Shown here: piece after piece, positions 35,619-45,562 of the stretch
Layout of the letters: the number at the start of each line of letters is the position of its first letter
Numbering within the stretch: position 1 is the stretch's first letter
Source of the DNA: a virus
Direction: 5' to 3' (one strand)
Virus record (IMG/VR): IMGVR_UViG_3300032287_003808
Span: 67,435-131,434 of that record
Length of the DNA stretch: 64,000 bases
Program-made: the position numbers and the translations under genes
Notes under the pieces: model-generated
What the model was told of the DNA's origin: nothing
The model's database searches: none
The model's input: only the letters and a program-made list of their open reading frames with translations

Positions 35619-36338
35619 CTAACTTTTTTTTATTTGCTTTACTAAAGCTGGTGCTAAGAAACTTCTAGCAGCCGCTTCATCTCCTGCAAATAATGTTATA
35701 ATTTTTTGTCTAAGATCTTGTTTTGTGTCCTCATTGTTAGCCTCAATGTATTGACTTAACAATTGGGTAATTGCAGCTTCTTTATCCCTATTTAATTTTA
35801 ATTTATAATCTACAATATCATATAATGTCATAAAATAATGACCACCAACAGGTTTCCTATTACTAGTTCTTAAAATAACTTGAGTTGGAGTAAATTTAGT
35901 GTCTTTATATTTTTCAGGGTCTGCTTTAGCAGGATCCCATTCTCTAAAAGCTTCAATTGGCCCTTCTTTCCCTTCAGGGCGAAAAATACCTTGAGCTACT
36001 TCTTCTTTATTATATGGAATTTTATTATGATCTAAATACTTTACTAAATAATCCCACTCTGCTTGTCCTGGTATAACAATATCTAAGTCTCCTGGTTTAT
36101 CATTCAGTAATGATGAGATTTCTGGGTATAAATGTAAGCGGGCTGAACCTCCGATAAAGTATTTATTTTTATCTGTAGGTTTAATTCCAAACCTAGGAAA
36201 TATAATCTCATCAGCTTTTTGAAGTAGGCCTGTTAAAGTAGAACTACCATCACTTTCTGATAGTTGGAGACTTTCTTCTAAATCTTCACAAAACTTTTTA
36301 AGGTAAACCTCTCTAAGGTATATTTCTGATATATTCAT
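35619..36338 (-). CDS. putative Pol-beta-fold nucleotidyltransferase
   Basis: FIGGSA..PGDLDIVI signature. Confidence 0.6.
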   Translation of the reverse strand: MNISEIYLREVYLKKFCEDLEESLQLSESDGSSTLTGLLQKADEIIFPRFGIKPTDKNKYFIGGSARLHLYPEISSLLNDKPGDLDIVIPGQAEWDYLVKYLDHNKIPYNKEEVAQGIFRPEGKEGPIEAFREWDPAKADPEKYKDTKFTPTQVILRTSNRKPVGGHYFMTLYDIVDYKLKLNRDKEAAITQLLSQYIEANNEDTKQDLRQKIITLFAGDEAAARSFLAPALVKQIKKS

Positions 36339-36703
36339 TTATTTTCTTTTAAATCTTTTTCAAATTCGTAGTCTTCAAACACATAATAGTCAATGAATTT
36401 TCTAACAGTTGATTCTCCATATTGTCCTTCAATAGTTAATGGTTTAAATAAAAACGCCATCAAATATGGGTTAGGACCTTTAAAGAAAACCCACTGGTAA
36501 GCTGACCATTCTGCTGTTAGGTGATAATCTTTTTGCATAAAATCTAGAACTAATTGAATGTTTTCATCACTATGTTCATTCATATAATTCCTATCATAAA
36601 TATTGCAAAGTTTACTAACTAACTTAAGAAACGTATATGTTTGGATGATTCGTGTAACAATTATTGCTATTGTTAATACTACTAAACTAATTACTACTAT
36701 CAT
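36335..36703 (-). CDS. membrane-anchored hypothetical protein
   Basis: N-terminal TM segment. Confidence 0.7.
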   Translation of the reverse strand: MIVVISLVVLTIAIIVTRIIQTYTFLKLVSKLCNIYDRNYMNEHSDENIQLVLDFMQKDYHLTAEWSAYQWVFFKGPNPYLMAFLFKPLTIEGQYGESTVRKFIDYYVFEDYEFEKDLKENK

Positions 36704-36738
36704 GACCTTTATTTTTATGTTAATATATTAAATCATTC

Positions 36739-36951
36739 CTATTCTTCCAAATCCTCCCATTCAATATCTTGAATTGTTTCACAAAACAAAAAATGGGTTT
36801 GGTCTCTTAAAACATGATCTGCTCCAACCCAATCTCTATACATTTTAACCCGTTCCATATTTTCAGGATGACGGTCAATTTCAAATTTTCCTATAAGTAC
36901 TTTCCTTATAATAAGGTATGCTTTATCACTATGAATATATAACTGTTTCAT
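36739..36951 (-). CDS. hypothetical protein
   Basis: ORF in operon. Confidence 0.7.
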   Translation of the reverse strand: MKQLYIHSDKAYLIIRKVLIGKFEIDRHPENMERVKMYRDWVGADHVLRDQTHFLFCETIQDIEWEDLEE

Positions 36952-37212
36952 TTAAAAACGAGCTAAAGGATCTGTCTTCTGTGTTCCACCATCTTTTTCA
37001 CCTCTAGATGTTAAGATAGTTTCAGGGGGAACTGTATTGATGACAACACCATTAATTCTGAATTTGCCTCCTTGTTTAATCATTTTCTTAAATAAGATTT
37101 CTTGTTTTTCATCCCAAGATTTACTTACTTCTAAAATGTACTCTTTACTTACAATTACACCATCAAATGTTATGGTGATATTTTTTCTAATTGATTGTGG
37201 TGATATTGCCAT
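36952..37212 (-). CDS. hypothetical protein
   Basis: ORF in operon. Confidence 0.7.
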   Translation of the reverse strand: MAISPQSIRKNITITFDGVIVSKEYILEVSKSWDEKQEILFKKMIKQGGKFRINGVVINTVPPETILTSRGEKDGGTQKTDPLARF

Positions 37213-37311
37213 ATTTATTTGAGTTTATTATTAAAATAATCTATTAATATCATTACTATTGCCCCTAACATTATAGTTAAAGAAAACATCCAACCTACAC
37301 CATTTATTATT

Positions 37312-37521
37312 TCAGACATAGACGATTTCAAGCTTATAAGAGGTACCATATTGTACTTTTTTAAATTGTTCTATATTAGTTAGAGGTCTAGCCTTATCTA
37401 AATCATCACTAAATGATGGGTATCCTCTTCTTAATCCTGAGAAACACTGGCAAAACTCATTTAATATGATGAACTCTGGTTCTTTAGGTTTCTTTAGTTT
37501 TCTATCTAAGAGTAACTCCAT
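37312..37521 (-). CDS. hypothetical protein
   Basis: Likely start MELLLD. Confidence 0.65.
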   Translation of the reverse strand: MELLLDRKLKKPKEPEFIILNEFCQCFSGLRRGYPSFSDDLDKARPLTNIEQFKKVQYGTSYKLEIVYV

Positions 37522-37522
37522 A

Positions 37523-37822
37523 TTAGTCTTCTTCATCATACCATGTGTCAACTATTTCTTCTAGTATATAATCATCTTCACCTCTATACTCAGGTAACAG
37601 CCCAGCATTTTCAATTAGATTCCATACTCTGTCCTTCCATTTTTCAATAGATATTCCTTCAATTTCAGTCATATCTCTCATAGTACATTCACCCAAAAGA
37701 GTAATCATACTTGTAGACATTTCGTCAAATAACTCAATGTTAAAATCTTTACTCTTATACATTTGTTTAAGAGCCTCAAACTTATTTGTAAATGGGAATT
37801 TTGTTAAACTTTTCTTTATCAT
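37523..37822 (-). CDS. hypothetical protein
   Basis: Own promoter. Confidence 0.75.
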   Translation of the reverse strand: MIKKSLTKFPFTNKFEALKQMYKSKDFNIELFDEMSTSMITLLGECTMRDMTEIEGISIEKWKDRVWNLIENAGLLPEYRGEDDYILEEIVDTWYDEED

Positions 37823-37892
37823 AACTCTTATTTTTTTATTTACTTAAATATAAGTAAAATTTTTTTAAAAACCTATCCTTAATTTAAGGATT

Positions 37893-38234
37893 TTAAGATA
37901 TCACTAAAGAATACATTCCGGTACCTTTTAAACGGTATGTCGTACCTGTTACAGCTGCTGTTGGTGTAAATGTGAATGAAGACACTCCTGGTTGTACAAC
38001 AACAGAGGCTACATATGATGATGTCACTAACCCCATAGAAGAAGATACATTATATGTTCCTATAAAGTTTTTAGGTGATGTTGTATCGAACCATCCTTTA
38101 CTAACAACAGGTATAGTTTCCATTGTAAAATAAGAAGAAGCTGATGGGTTAGTGAAGACAAAAGTTTTAAGTCCTGCTAAGTTTTCTCCTATTGATCCTG
38201 TTCCGTATAGTTGGGTGTATGTGTATGATGCCAT
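37893..38234 (-). CDS. Ser/Thr-rich beta protein, possible virion component
   Basis: Composition typical of structural proteins. Confidence 0.6.
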   Translation of the reverse strand: MASYTYTQLYGTGSIGENLAGLKTFVFTNPSASSYFTMETIPVVSKGWFDTTSPKNFIGTYNVSSSMGLVTSSYVASVVVQPGVSSFTFTPTAAVTGTTYRLKGTGMYSLVIS

Positions 38235-38549
38235 TTATTTTTTCTTTTTCTTTAAGAACTCTAATGCTTTAACTATTTCAGCACATTTTTCATATAATTC
38301 ATGAGCTTCATATTTAGGCAAATTAGTCTCTAATACATATGCGAAGTCCTCACGGTCTACAGTAACATCAAGGATTAATTCTTCATCTTTTAAAAATACA
38401 GACATAGCTGGGATATGTCGTTTTCTACCTTTAAGGTTTTTTAGAATAGTTTCTACTAAAGCTTGGGCAACTCGTATATCACCATGCTCTATCATACTTT
38501 CAAATTCCTCACTATTATTTACATCGAATGATTCCATTTTTGTTGCCAT
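38235..38549 (-). CDS. hypothetical protein with UVR-like motif
   Basis: ELYEKCAEI. Confidence 0.7.
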   Translation of the reverse strand: MATKMESFDVNNSEEFESMIEHGDIRVAQALVETILKNLKGRKRHIPAMSVFLKDEELILDVTVDREDFAYVLETNLPKYEAHELYEKCAEIVKALEFLKKKKK

Positions 38550-38550
38550 A

Positions 38551-38706
38551 TTAAAATAAATCTAAAAAACCAGGGTTAATATTTTTTCCTTTTAATCGTT
38601 GTGATTTTTCATCTTTGTCTAGAATTTTAGATGCTAGTTTTTCAAGATGCTTCTCTTTTTGTTTGTCGTAATCTTTAACTATTTTTGTATGTTTTTTCTT
38701 CTTCAT
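38551..38706 (-). CDS. 51-aa basic protein
   Basis: MKKKKHTKIVKDYDKQKEKHLEKLA...; TATTTATA upstream. Confidence 0.6.
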   Translation of the reverse strand: MKKKKHTKIVKDYDKQKEKHLEKLASKILDKDEKSQRLKGKNINPGFLDLF

Positions 38707-38720
38707 TCTGGTTATAAATA

Positions 38721-39371
38721 TTACTTATAGGATACTAATGAATAAGGATCTTCATTGTCGTCTTTATCTTGTAATCCTAATTCACGTAATATTTTCATTT
38801 GGTACTCATCCAAATGTAATTTTTCTTCTTCTGTTTTCATAGTAACTGCCCCATGCCCTTCAAGTTTCTCTATTTCTCTTTCAGTAAACACTTGGCCGTA
38901 ATAAATAAAATAACAATTATAACAGAGTAATTGAACATTACCTAGGCTGTAATGTTTTGTATTGCCGTCTTTAAAATGCAGTATTAAAGGCATTTTATAG
39001 TCAGTTACACGTCTTTCATTAAAGCCACAGTCATAACATTGCTCCTCTAACAACCCAGCTTCAACCATTCTGTATTTAAGTTTTTCAGGGCTCCAATGAG
39101 AAGCATCTACTCTGCCTTCAACTATATCTAGTATAGCAGGTTCTTTTTTATTAAAGTTTGATTGAGTTACAAATTTAGGAATACCTTTACCACATTGGTT
39201 TTTATGGAGCTCAAATAAAGACAAACCAGAAGCTTCATCTTTATAATGTTTCATCCAAGGTTTTAAATGTTGGTAAGAACAATTCAAATACCTAGCTGCG
39301 GCCTTAACTGATTTAGTCTTAGCCATAGCGTTTAGAATTTCAGTTTTAGATAACGGGCGAGCTTTCGGCAT
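38721..39371 (-). CDS. HTH + HNH protein
   Basis: SVKAAARYLNCSY; CYDCG..LHFKDGN..N.QLLCYNC. Confidence 0.8.
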   Translation of the reverse strand: MPKARPLSKTEILNAMAKTKSVKAAARYLNCSYQHLKPWMKHYKDEASGLSLFELHKNQCGKGIPKFVTQSNFNKKEPAILDIVEGRVDASHWSPEKLKYRMVEAGLLEEQCYDCGFNERRVTDYKMPLILHFKDGNTKHYSLGNVQLLCYNCYFIYYGQVFTEREIEKLEGHGAVTMKTEEEKLHLDEYQMKILRELGLQDKDDNEDPYSLVSYK

Positions 39372-39639
39372 CTTTATCTTCTAAATTATCCGTTTCCTCA
39401 TCTTCATCTTCGTCTTTTACTTCATCAAAACTAGTTGCTTGTTGAGATTTTAGATATTTTTCATACTGGTTATCATCTTCTAAGAACACAACTTCATTAC
39501 AAGTGTGATCTTTTTCTCCTAGAGTTACTATAATTCCTCTTTTAGCTCCTGTTGTTGAACAATTAACACATGTTACAGTTCTTGGTAATGCTTTTAGTCT
39601 TAGAGGATTTATTTCTTCTTTACAATGAATACATTCCAT
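39346..39639 (-). CDS. DksA/TraR-type C4 zinc-finger protein
   Basis: CIHCKEEINPLRLKALP..TCVNC. Confidence 0.8.
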   Translation of the reverse strand: MECIHCKEEINPLRLKALPRTVTCVNCSTTGAKRGIIVTLGEKDHTCNEVVFLEDDNQYEKYLKSQQATSFDEVKDEDEDEETDNLEDKDAESSPVI

Positions 39640-40016
39640 TATTTTAGTTTATTTAAATAATTATACAATTGGTTAATATTTGATATCATAGTGGCATTTC
39701 CATCTTCATCTATCATATTATATTTGTCTACATCTAGTAGTTTTCTTTCCCCACACCACCATAATATAATCCCACCTTTTAAAGCACCATACGATTTTAT
39801 AATTAACCCTTCTATTATTTGGAAGTATGGGTCTTCATATTTTACTATGTCAATTCCTAATTCCATTAACATTTGGGTACGGTCATCAAATCTAGATAAT
39901 GCTTCAACCATACCCATAAAGAACTTCTTATCTCGTTTGGCTACTGATTTAGGACTCTCAGTTATGCTTGCTCCACTGCCTGCTAGATTTTTTAAGTGCC
40001 TTATGTGTACATCCAT
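39639..40016 (-). CDS. hypothetical protein
   Basis: ORF in operon. Confidence 0.75.
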   Translation of the reverse strand: MDVHIRHLKNLAGSGASITESPKSVAKRDKKFFMGMVEALSRFDDRTQMLMELGIDIVKYEDPYFQIIEGLIIKSYGALKGGIILWWCGERKLLDVDKYNMIDEDGNATMISNINQLYNYLNKLK

Positions 40017-40018
40017 GT

Positions 40019-40180
40019 TTATTTTTTTTCTTCTACTTCAAATATCTTTAAGAAGTCATCTATAGCCATTTGTTTAATATGTGATGCTATCAAAATTGCA
40101 TCCTCTAAATCAATTGCTTCAAATTTACCATATGGCTCCTTAGAAGGGTCTAATTTGTTGTAATAAATAAATACCTTCAT
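40019..40180 (-). CDS. 53-aa hypothetical protein
   Basis: MKVFIYYNKLDPSKEP...; promoter at ~40190. Confidence 0.65.
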   Translation of the reverse strand: MKVFIYYNKLDPSKEPYGKFEAIDLEDAILIASHIKQMAIDDFLKIFEVEEKK

Positions 40181-40240
40181 ATTTTATTGAATATAAGAAA
40201 AAATAATTAAAAAACCAAATTTACTATAAATATTTAATTT

Positions 40241-41038
40241 TTATAAAATAAATTTTTGGTTTGTTTCAGGGTGTGAGTGAATATAACTCCCCCATTTATA
40301 TTTAGCATATTGGTGACAACTTGTTTCTTCTTGTTTAGATTGATTAATTTGTTCCGGAGATTTATTACTTAGAGCAACAAAATGATAGAAGTGGCAATTC
40401 CAAGTTCTAAGCATTTTTAAACCGCTTAATTGGCATTTCATAAAGAACTCCCAATCTGTAACAAAACCCGCCTGTGATGGATAATCTTCAGCAAAACCAC
40501 CAACCTTTAAATAATCATACTTGTTTATAAGAATAGGAAATGTTGATCCGTTTTCTTCTATTTTATCTCCAGAAGCGTAATGATAATCAAACAACCAAAA
40601 CTTTTCTAAATCAAATGTATTTGGGTCACGTCCTAAATCTTCAATCATAAATTGTTTAAACATTGAAGGAAAAGGTTCAACTTGATTAGGTGTTAGAACA
40701 AATCCATTTGGATATTGTTTAGTACATTCACTCCAATCTTCTTCTAATGTAGTATCCCAAAAACGAGGAAACACATTATCATCATTTACAATTAATACTT
40801 TATCATATTGAGCATTGTATACTCCTAAGTTTAATGCTTTGCAAGCACCTACATTTTGCTCTAAATTTAAAACATCAATATGTTTAGAGTATTTTTTAAG
40901 TACTTCTTCATTTAAGTCATAATGACCATCTACAACTACAATGATTTGATTTTCATTCTGTTGTCCTTCAATAGCTGATTTTAAGCATAAATCTAAAGCA
41001 TGAGTTGTTTTGTAAGTGGGGATAATTACTGTTATCAT
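40241..41038 (-). CDS. glycosyltransferase family 2
   Basis: ITVIIPTY, VVVDG, NDD. Confidence 0.9.
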   Translation of the reverse strand: MITVIIPTYKTTHALDLCLKSAIEGQQNENQIIVVVDGHYDLNEEVLKKYSKHIDVLNLEQNVGACKALNLGVYNAQYDKVLIVNDDNVFPRFWDTTLEEDWSECTKQYPNGFVLTPNQVEPFPSMFKQFMIEDLGRDPNTFDLEKFWLFDYHYASGDKIEENGSTFPILINKYDYLKVGGFAEDYPSQAGFVTDWEFFMKCQLSGLKMLRTWNCHFYHFVALSNKSPEQINQSKQEETSCHQYAKYKWGSYIHSHPETNQKFIL

Positions 41039-41727
41039 ATAGTTTTATTGTTTATACATTCCCAATCAATTGTAGGTGACATTAATTGTTCCATACAATG
41101 AGTTGATAATCCTGGTATTGGTGTCATTACGAATCTGCCTCTATGTTCATTAAGGTGCATAAATGTGTTATGGTCTCCTACTGTTGTTGACCAAACGTCA
41201 TAGTCTTTATCAAATAAATCCCTTGTTATAATGAAACTGCCACAAGTTGAACCTATAGTTCTCCAATGGTGAGTACTAGTGGTATAAACTCTTGAAATCA
41301 TATTATTAACATGCTCCGGGAAGTACTTGTCATTATGGTCATACAACGAGATATAATGTAAGTCTGCGTATGTAGAGAATAAATTCATAGTTTCATCTAC
41401 CCAATTATCAGTATGTAAATAATCGTTCTCTAAAAAATAAATTAACTCATTAGGTTCCATAGGTTGCTCTTTAATATGTTCTAAAAGAGCTCTATAAGAT
41501 AATAAACTTGATTTATAATCAGTAGGAAATAAAGTAAATTTATCTTGATAGTTTTTAGTAAAGTCTTGATTTATATCTCCATCTAAAGCTAAAGTTAGAT
41601 CAATATTATCATACCCTTCTATAGTTTTAAGAAGATTTTTAAAACAGTTTTCATAACTAAACCATGACGGTCTCCATCTCCCAGGACTGTTAGTTACAGC
41701 GTGGCGATAATAGATATGGATTTTCAT
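41035..41727 (-). CDS. GT-A-like glycosyltransferase
   Basis: IYFLENDYLH, SLYDH.DKY. Confidence 0.7.
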   Translation of the reverse strand: MKIHIYYRHAVTNSPGRWRPSWFSYENCFKNLLKTIEGYDNIDLTLALDGDINQDFTKNYQDKFTLFPTDYKSSLLSYRALLEHIKEQPMEPNELIYFLENDYLHTDNWVDETMNLFSTYADLHYISLYDHNDKYFPEHVNNMISRVYTTSTHHWRTIGSTCGSFIITRDLFDKDYDVWSTTVGDHNTFMHLNEHRGRFVMTPIPGLSTHCMEQLMSPTIDWECINNKTI

Positions 41728-41728
41728 A

Positions 41729-42895
41729 TTAGTGTTTTTTACAAATTAACATTATACTTGAACATAAATCAGGGTATTGATGACCTAGTTGAAAACAACC
41801 ATCTAAATATTCTTTTGAAATAATATCAGTATTGAGCAATTGGTCCCATTGAAAATTAGCTAATGCTTTAAAGAATATTCCAGAGCGATTAATAACATTT
41901 AACCCTCCGTTTCTAGCATCTCTTTCTAAAGTATCTAAAGTATAAGTAATCCTATGGCCATGTTCTGCTTCAGCTGGAGTAATTGCTGCATTATGAGTAA
42001 TTAGTCCCATTTTAACTGCTATTTGTCTTGAAGGAGCATTAGCATTAGGGCATACTAAAAACAATTTCCCATCTTCAGACAACCATTCATTTTTAATTCT
42101 AGATAACAATCCTACAGGATCATCAATATGCTCTAAAACATGAGTTAAGATAATATTATCATATTTTTTAGGAAGTTGAACATTTTCAAATAATGAATTA
42201 AAATACTCAATATCATGATTTAAATTTTGTTTAGCTGTCTTAATCGCTTCATCAGATGCTTCTACACATGTAATATCATTAAAATAAGGAATAAGACGTT
42301 TTGTAAAATCACCTTTAAAACTTCCTAATTCAAGACAATTACCTTCAACAAAATGATGTTTAAATGATTCTATCATATAGTGATGTATTACATCAAAATC
42401 AAAGTTGTAAGCGTACTTATGGTCTGGGGTGTCTTTTAATTCTTTATTGTAGTTTCTGTTCATGTTGTTCCATTTTAATATTAAAACATTATCTTTAGTT
42501 TCATGTAATATAAAATCATTTTTTTCATAGAAATTTATAGCTGGTTTGTTATTTTTAAAAACTTCTAAAGTTATGTTATTGTATTGCAAATCAGTACATC
42601 TAGACTTACAAGTATCTAATAATATTTGAGCTACACCTTGATTATGATACTCAGGTACTACACTGATATTTGTTATGTATAAATTTTTCTGGTCAGAATT
42701 GTTATAGAAGGCTATTAAACCTATCAAAATATCATCTACTATTAATTCTATTCGTCTAGAATTTTCATATAATTTTTTAGAGTATCCCTTAATATCAACA
42801 TACGATGATAACTCAGGAGTAAATGATTTAGAACAAGATATTAAATGATTATATATCTGTTCTTGAGTGCTGTTGTTTATAGTTATTTTATTCAT
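41729..42895 (-). CDS. GNAT acetyltransferase / class I SAM methyltransferase fusion
   Basis: V.PEYHNQGVA..AINFYEK; LELGSFKG, HVLEHIDDP. Confidence 0.85.
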   Translation of the reverse strand: MNKITINNSTQEQIYNHLISCSKSFTPELSSYVDIKGYSKKLYENSRRIELIVDDILIGLIAFYNNSDQKNLYITNISVVPEYHNQGVAQILLDTCKSRCTDLQYNNITLEVFKNNKPAINFYEKNDFILHETKDNVLILKWNNMNRNYNKELKDTPDHKYAYNFDFDVIHHYMIESFKHHFVEGNCLELGSFKGDFTKRLIPYFNDITCVEASDEAIKTAKQNLNHDIEYFNSLFENVQLPKKYDNIILTHVLEHIDDPVGLLSRIKNEWLSEDGKLFLVCPNANAPSRQIAVKMGLITHNAAITPAEAEHGHRITYTLDTLERDARNGGLNVINRSGIFFKALANFQWDQLLNTDIISKEYLDGCFQLGHQYPDLCSSIMLICKKH

Positions 42896-43853
42896 TTTCT
42901 AATATTGCTAATCCAAATCCATATTTACCAAAATCATTTCCATTATAAGTCATATAATGTTGCCCATCAACTTCAAAGACGTGTGGATAATGTTGCATAG
43001 TGCTGTCCCATCCCGTTTCAGAGTATCTAATCCCTGCTTCTTTATCTTTACGTTCCCAATTAATTAAGTCAATTGATGTTGCGTACCCTATTTTATACCC
43101 TCTTCCAGGTGTAGTTCTAAAATCTAAGCCTTCTCTATAAACAAAATACATATGATATAATCCATCTTTATAAAATACATCTGGTCCTGCTTGACATTCG
43201 TTTTCATCTAATATATCAGGGATAATATTCACATTTAGGCGAACCCATTTGATCCCATCTTTAGAAATAGCCATCCTATTCTTATAGATTATTTCAGGTT
43301 TGCCATTATGATTAATCCATTTGGTCCCAGCTAAATAAAACATATACCAGGTATTGTTAAATTTTCTAATTTTAGGACCACTTAGAACAAATGGCTCAAA
43401 TGCATCTGCTGATAATATAGGGCCGGGTCCTATTCTGCTGAATGTTTCTCCATTATCTTCACTATATGCTAAACCAATAGAAGTATTAAATGGTACTGAT
43501 TGGCAACGAGTCCACCCAGCGTAGTAAAATAATATTTTATCATTGAGTCTAATATTACTAGAAGGATAAACAGCAAACTCATCAAACGTACCTAGTTCCC
43601 CTAAAGGCATTATAGGTTTATCTGAGACTCTAATTATTTTAGTAAGGTCGTTTTTGTCTAAATCTAAAAATGTTGTATAAGATTTTGCAAACCCATCCTC
43701 ATCATTTTCAGGTCTACAAGAAAAATATACTCTAACAACATCATCTAAAACTAAAGTATGAGTGCATTGTGAATGAGTTTTCATCCATGGTCTGTCAATA
43801 CCGTCATCCCATACTGTTGGGTCAAAAATATGTCCTAATTTATTCCATTTCAT
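42888..43853 (-). CDS. five-bladed beta-propeller glycosidase-like protein (GH32/43/130-like)
   Basis: IGLAYSEDNG, AISKDGIKW, GYATSIDLINW repeats. Confidence 0.75.
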   Translation of the reverse strand: MKWNKLGHIFDPTVWDDGIDRPWMKTHSQCTHTLVLDDVVRVYFSCRPENDEDGFAKSYTTFLDLDKNDLTKIIRVSDKPIMPLGELGTFDEFAVYPSSNIRLNDKILFYYAGWTRCQSVPFNTSIGLAYSEDNGETFSRIGPGPILSADAFEPFVLSGPKIRKFNNTWYMFYLAGTKWINHNGKPEIIYKNRMAISKDGIKWVRLNVNIIPDILDENECQAGPDVFYKDGLYHMYFVYREGLDFRTTPGRGYKIGYATSIDLINWERKDKEAGIRYSETGWDSTMQHYPHVFEVDGQHYMTYNGNDFGKYGFGLAILENE

Positions 43854-44551
43854 ATTAAAGTATATTCATTTAAATATTCTTGTATTTGTTCTTTTGAATT
43901 AAACATCATAACATCTATAATTGAGAGCCAAGAAACAAATTCATTATTGAATTGTTTATATTTAATTGGGTTTGATTTAATAAAGTTAAGTTTAATCTTG
44001 TTTTGTTTAAATGTTTCTTTATCATACAACTCTACTCCCCCTATAGAATTTATATAAACATCAGCATTTTGAGCTTTACATAAAGATAAGACTTTATCTT
44101 GGGATTTCAAAGTATGATCTGCATTTATTGAAGAAGAAATTATAATAGGTGTTTTAATTTCTAAATAAGAATTTATTAAAACAATACTATCATATATAAA
44201 TTTAAATAAATTTTCTTCTGGGTTGTTTAAACATTTTGATATTAATTTAAATGTTTCTTCAAAATAAGGAGCTTTATTATATGATGATTTAATTATGTTA
44301 ATCATTTTATTTTTATCTTTCTCCCACGACTCAGATAACTCTCTTTCTACTACATCTAAATAATCAGAATCTTTTTTTATCGGAAGAGTAATAAGTTGGT
44401 CTTTTCCATTTGCTAAAATACGATTTCTATTTATCCATCCTTTTTTAGTATATTGGATATTATCGTATATAACAAATTGATCAACAGAATTTATTAATTG
44501 AAAATACCCTATATAAGGCATGAAATACGGCTGCATTATAGCTAATTTCAT
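43850..44551 (-). CDS. WbqC-like protein
   Basis: AIMQPYFMPYIGYFQLI, WINRNRI, LSIIDVMMFN. Confidence 0.92.
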   Translation of the reverse strand: MKLAIMQPYFMPYIGYFQLINSVDQFVIYDNIQYTKKGWINRNRILANGKDQLITLPIKKDSDYLDVVERELSESWEKDKNKMINIIKSSYNKAPYFEETFKLISKCLNNPEENLFKFIYDSIVLINSYLEIKTPIIISSSINADHTLKSQDKVLSLCKAQNADVYINSIGGVELYDKETFKQNKIKLNFIKSNPIKYKQFNNEFVSWLSIIDVMMFNSKEQIQEYLNEYTLI

Positions 44552-45186
44552 TTAGTATAGATTTCAAATTTAGATAAATCTGGGTATGGCATCTCTAAGT
44601 CTGCATTATGTTTTGGTGTCTCACCATTATAAAATTGGTTCATAAGAAGCAAACCACGAGCAGCTAATTCAGGCATCATATAAAAATTCCACCCTAACAT
44701 ATCAAAATTATCATCATGGTAAGAACACTCACGTCTCCCACTATATCTTGCTCTTTTAAACCATAAATAAGCTTCATGACTATCAGTTAATATAGCTCCT
44801 CCTTTAGATAATTTAAAATGTTTATAAGGACCAGTAAATGAAATACACATATGCGTTTCAGGTCGGTACATGTCTGATGTAAAAGATAAGGCTGCATCCC
44901 AGACATTACTTCCTTCAAGTGGGTAAGCTCCTTTTAATGTCTTACCTTTAACCTTCTTAAAATTTACTTTCAACCCAGCATGAATAATTTCACATGGTAC
45001 TGATGGGTATGTTCTAGAAGGGATTGTAATATATTCTGATGTGATGCTCTTATTTATATGGTATTCGTAATAAAGAGCTAAAAATAAACCGTTTGATTGG
45101 TTATCTACAGTCACTACATAAGGTGCTCCTGTATATTCTGCTAAACGTCTTTCAAACTCATTTGTAATATCATAAACATTTTTCAT
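44548..45186 (-). CDS. short DegT/DnrJ-family PLP aminotransferase
   Basis: FERRLAEYTG, DAA, SFTGPYKH..GGAILTD. Confidence 0.8.
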   Translation of the reverse strand: MKNVYDITNEFERRLAEYTGAPYVVTVDNQSNGLFLALYYEYHINKSITSEYITIPSRTYPSVPCEIIHAGLKVNFKKVKGKTLKGAYPLEGSNVWDAALSFTSDMYRPETHMCISFTGPYKHFKLSKGGAILTDSHEAYLWFKRARYSGRRECSYHDDNFDMLGWNFYMMPELAARGLLLMNQFYNGETPKHNADLEMPYPDLSKFEIYTK

Positions 45187-45562
45187 AACTATAAAAATTT
45201 TGCTTTTTAAAACCTAATTTCTCAAATACTTTACTACTTGCTATATTTTGAGGAAATACAAATGCTGTTAAAGCATCATGTTGTTCCATAAATTCAGAAA
45301 CCATAAATGTGCCTATACCTTTTCCTTTAAAATTAGGGTCAACACAATAAGTAATTTCATTTTCTTTAATAACTCCTATATAACCTACAGGTTCTTCACC
45401 TAATAAACATATTTTATATCTATTAGAATTTTTACTCATGTATTCTGCCTGTTGTTCAGGAGTTATTTTAATTTGAGTAAAAAACCAGTTTTCATTTTCA
45501 GGATGCGTCCTTAACAAACGAACAAACTCCCAATATTTAGAAGTACAATCTACTAATATCAT
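45170..45562 (-). CDS. GNAT acetyltransferase (PseH-like)
   Basis: FKGKGIG, NIASSKVFEKLGF. Confidence 0.85.
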   Translation of the reverse strand: MILVDCTSKYWEFVRLLRTHPENENWFFTQIKITPEQQAEYMSKNSNRYKICLLGEEPVGYIGVIKENEITYCVDPNFKGKGIGTFMVSEFMEQHDALTAFVFPQNIASSKVFEKLGFKKQNFYSYEKCL

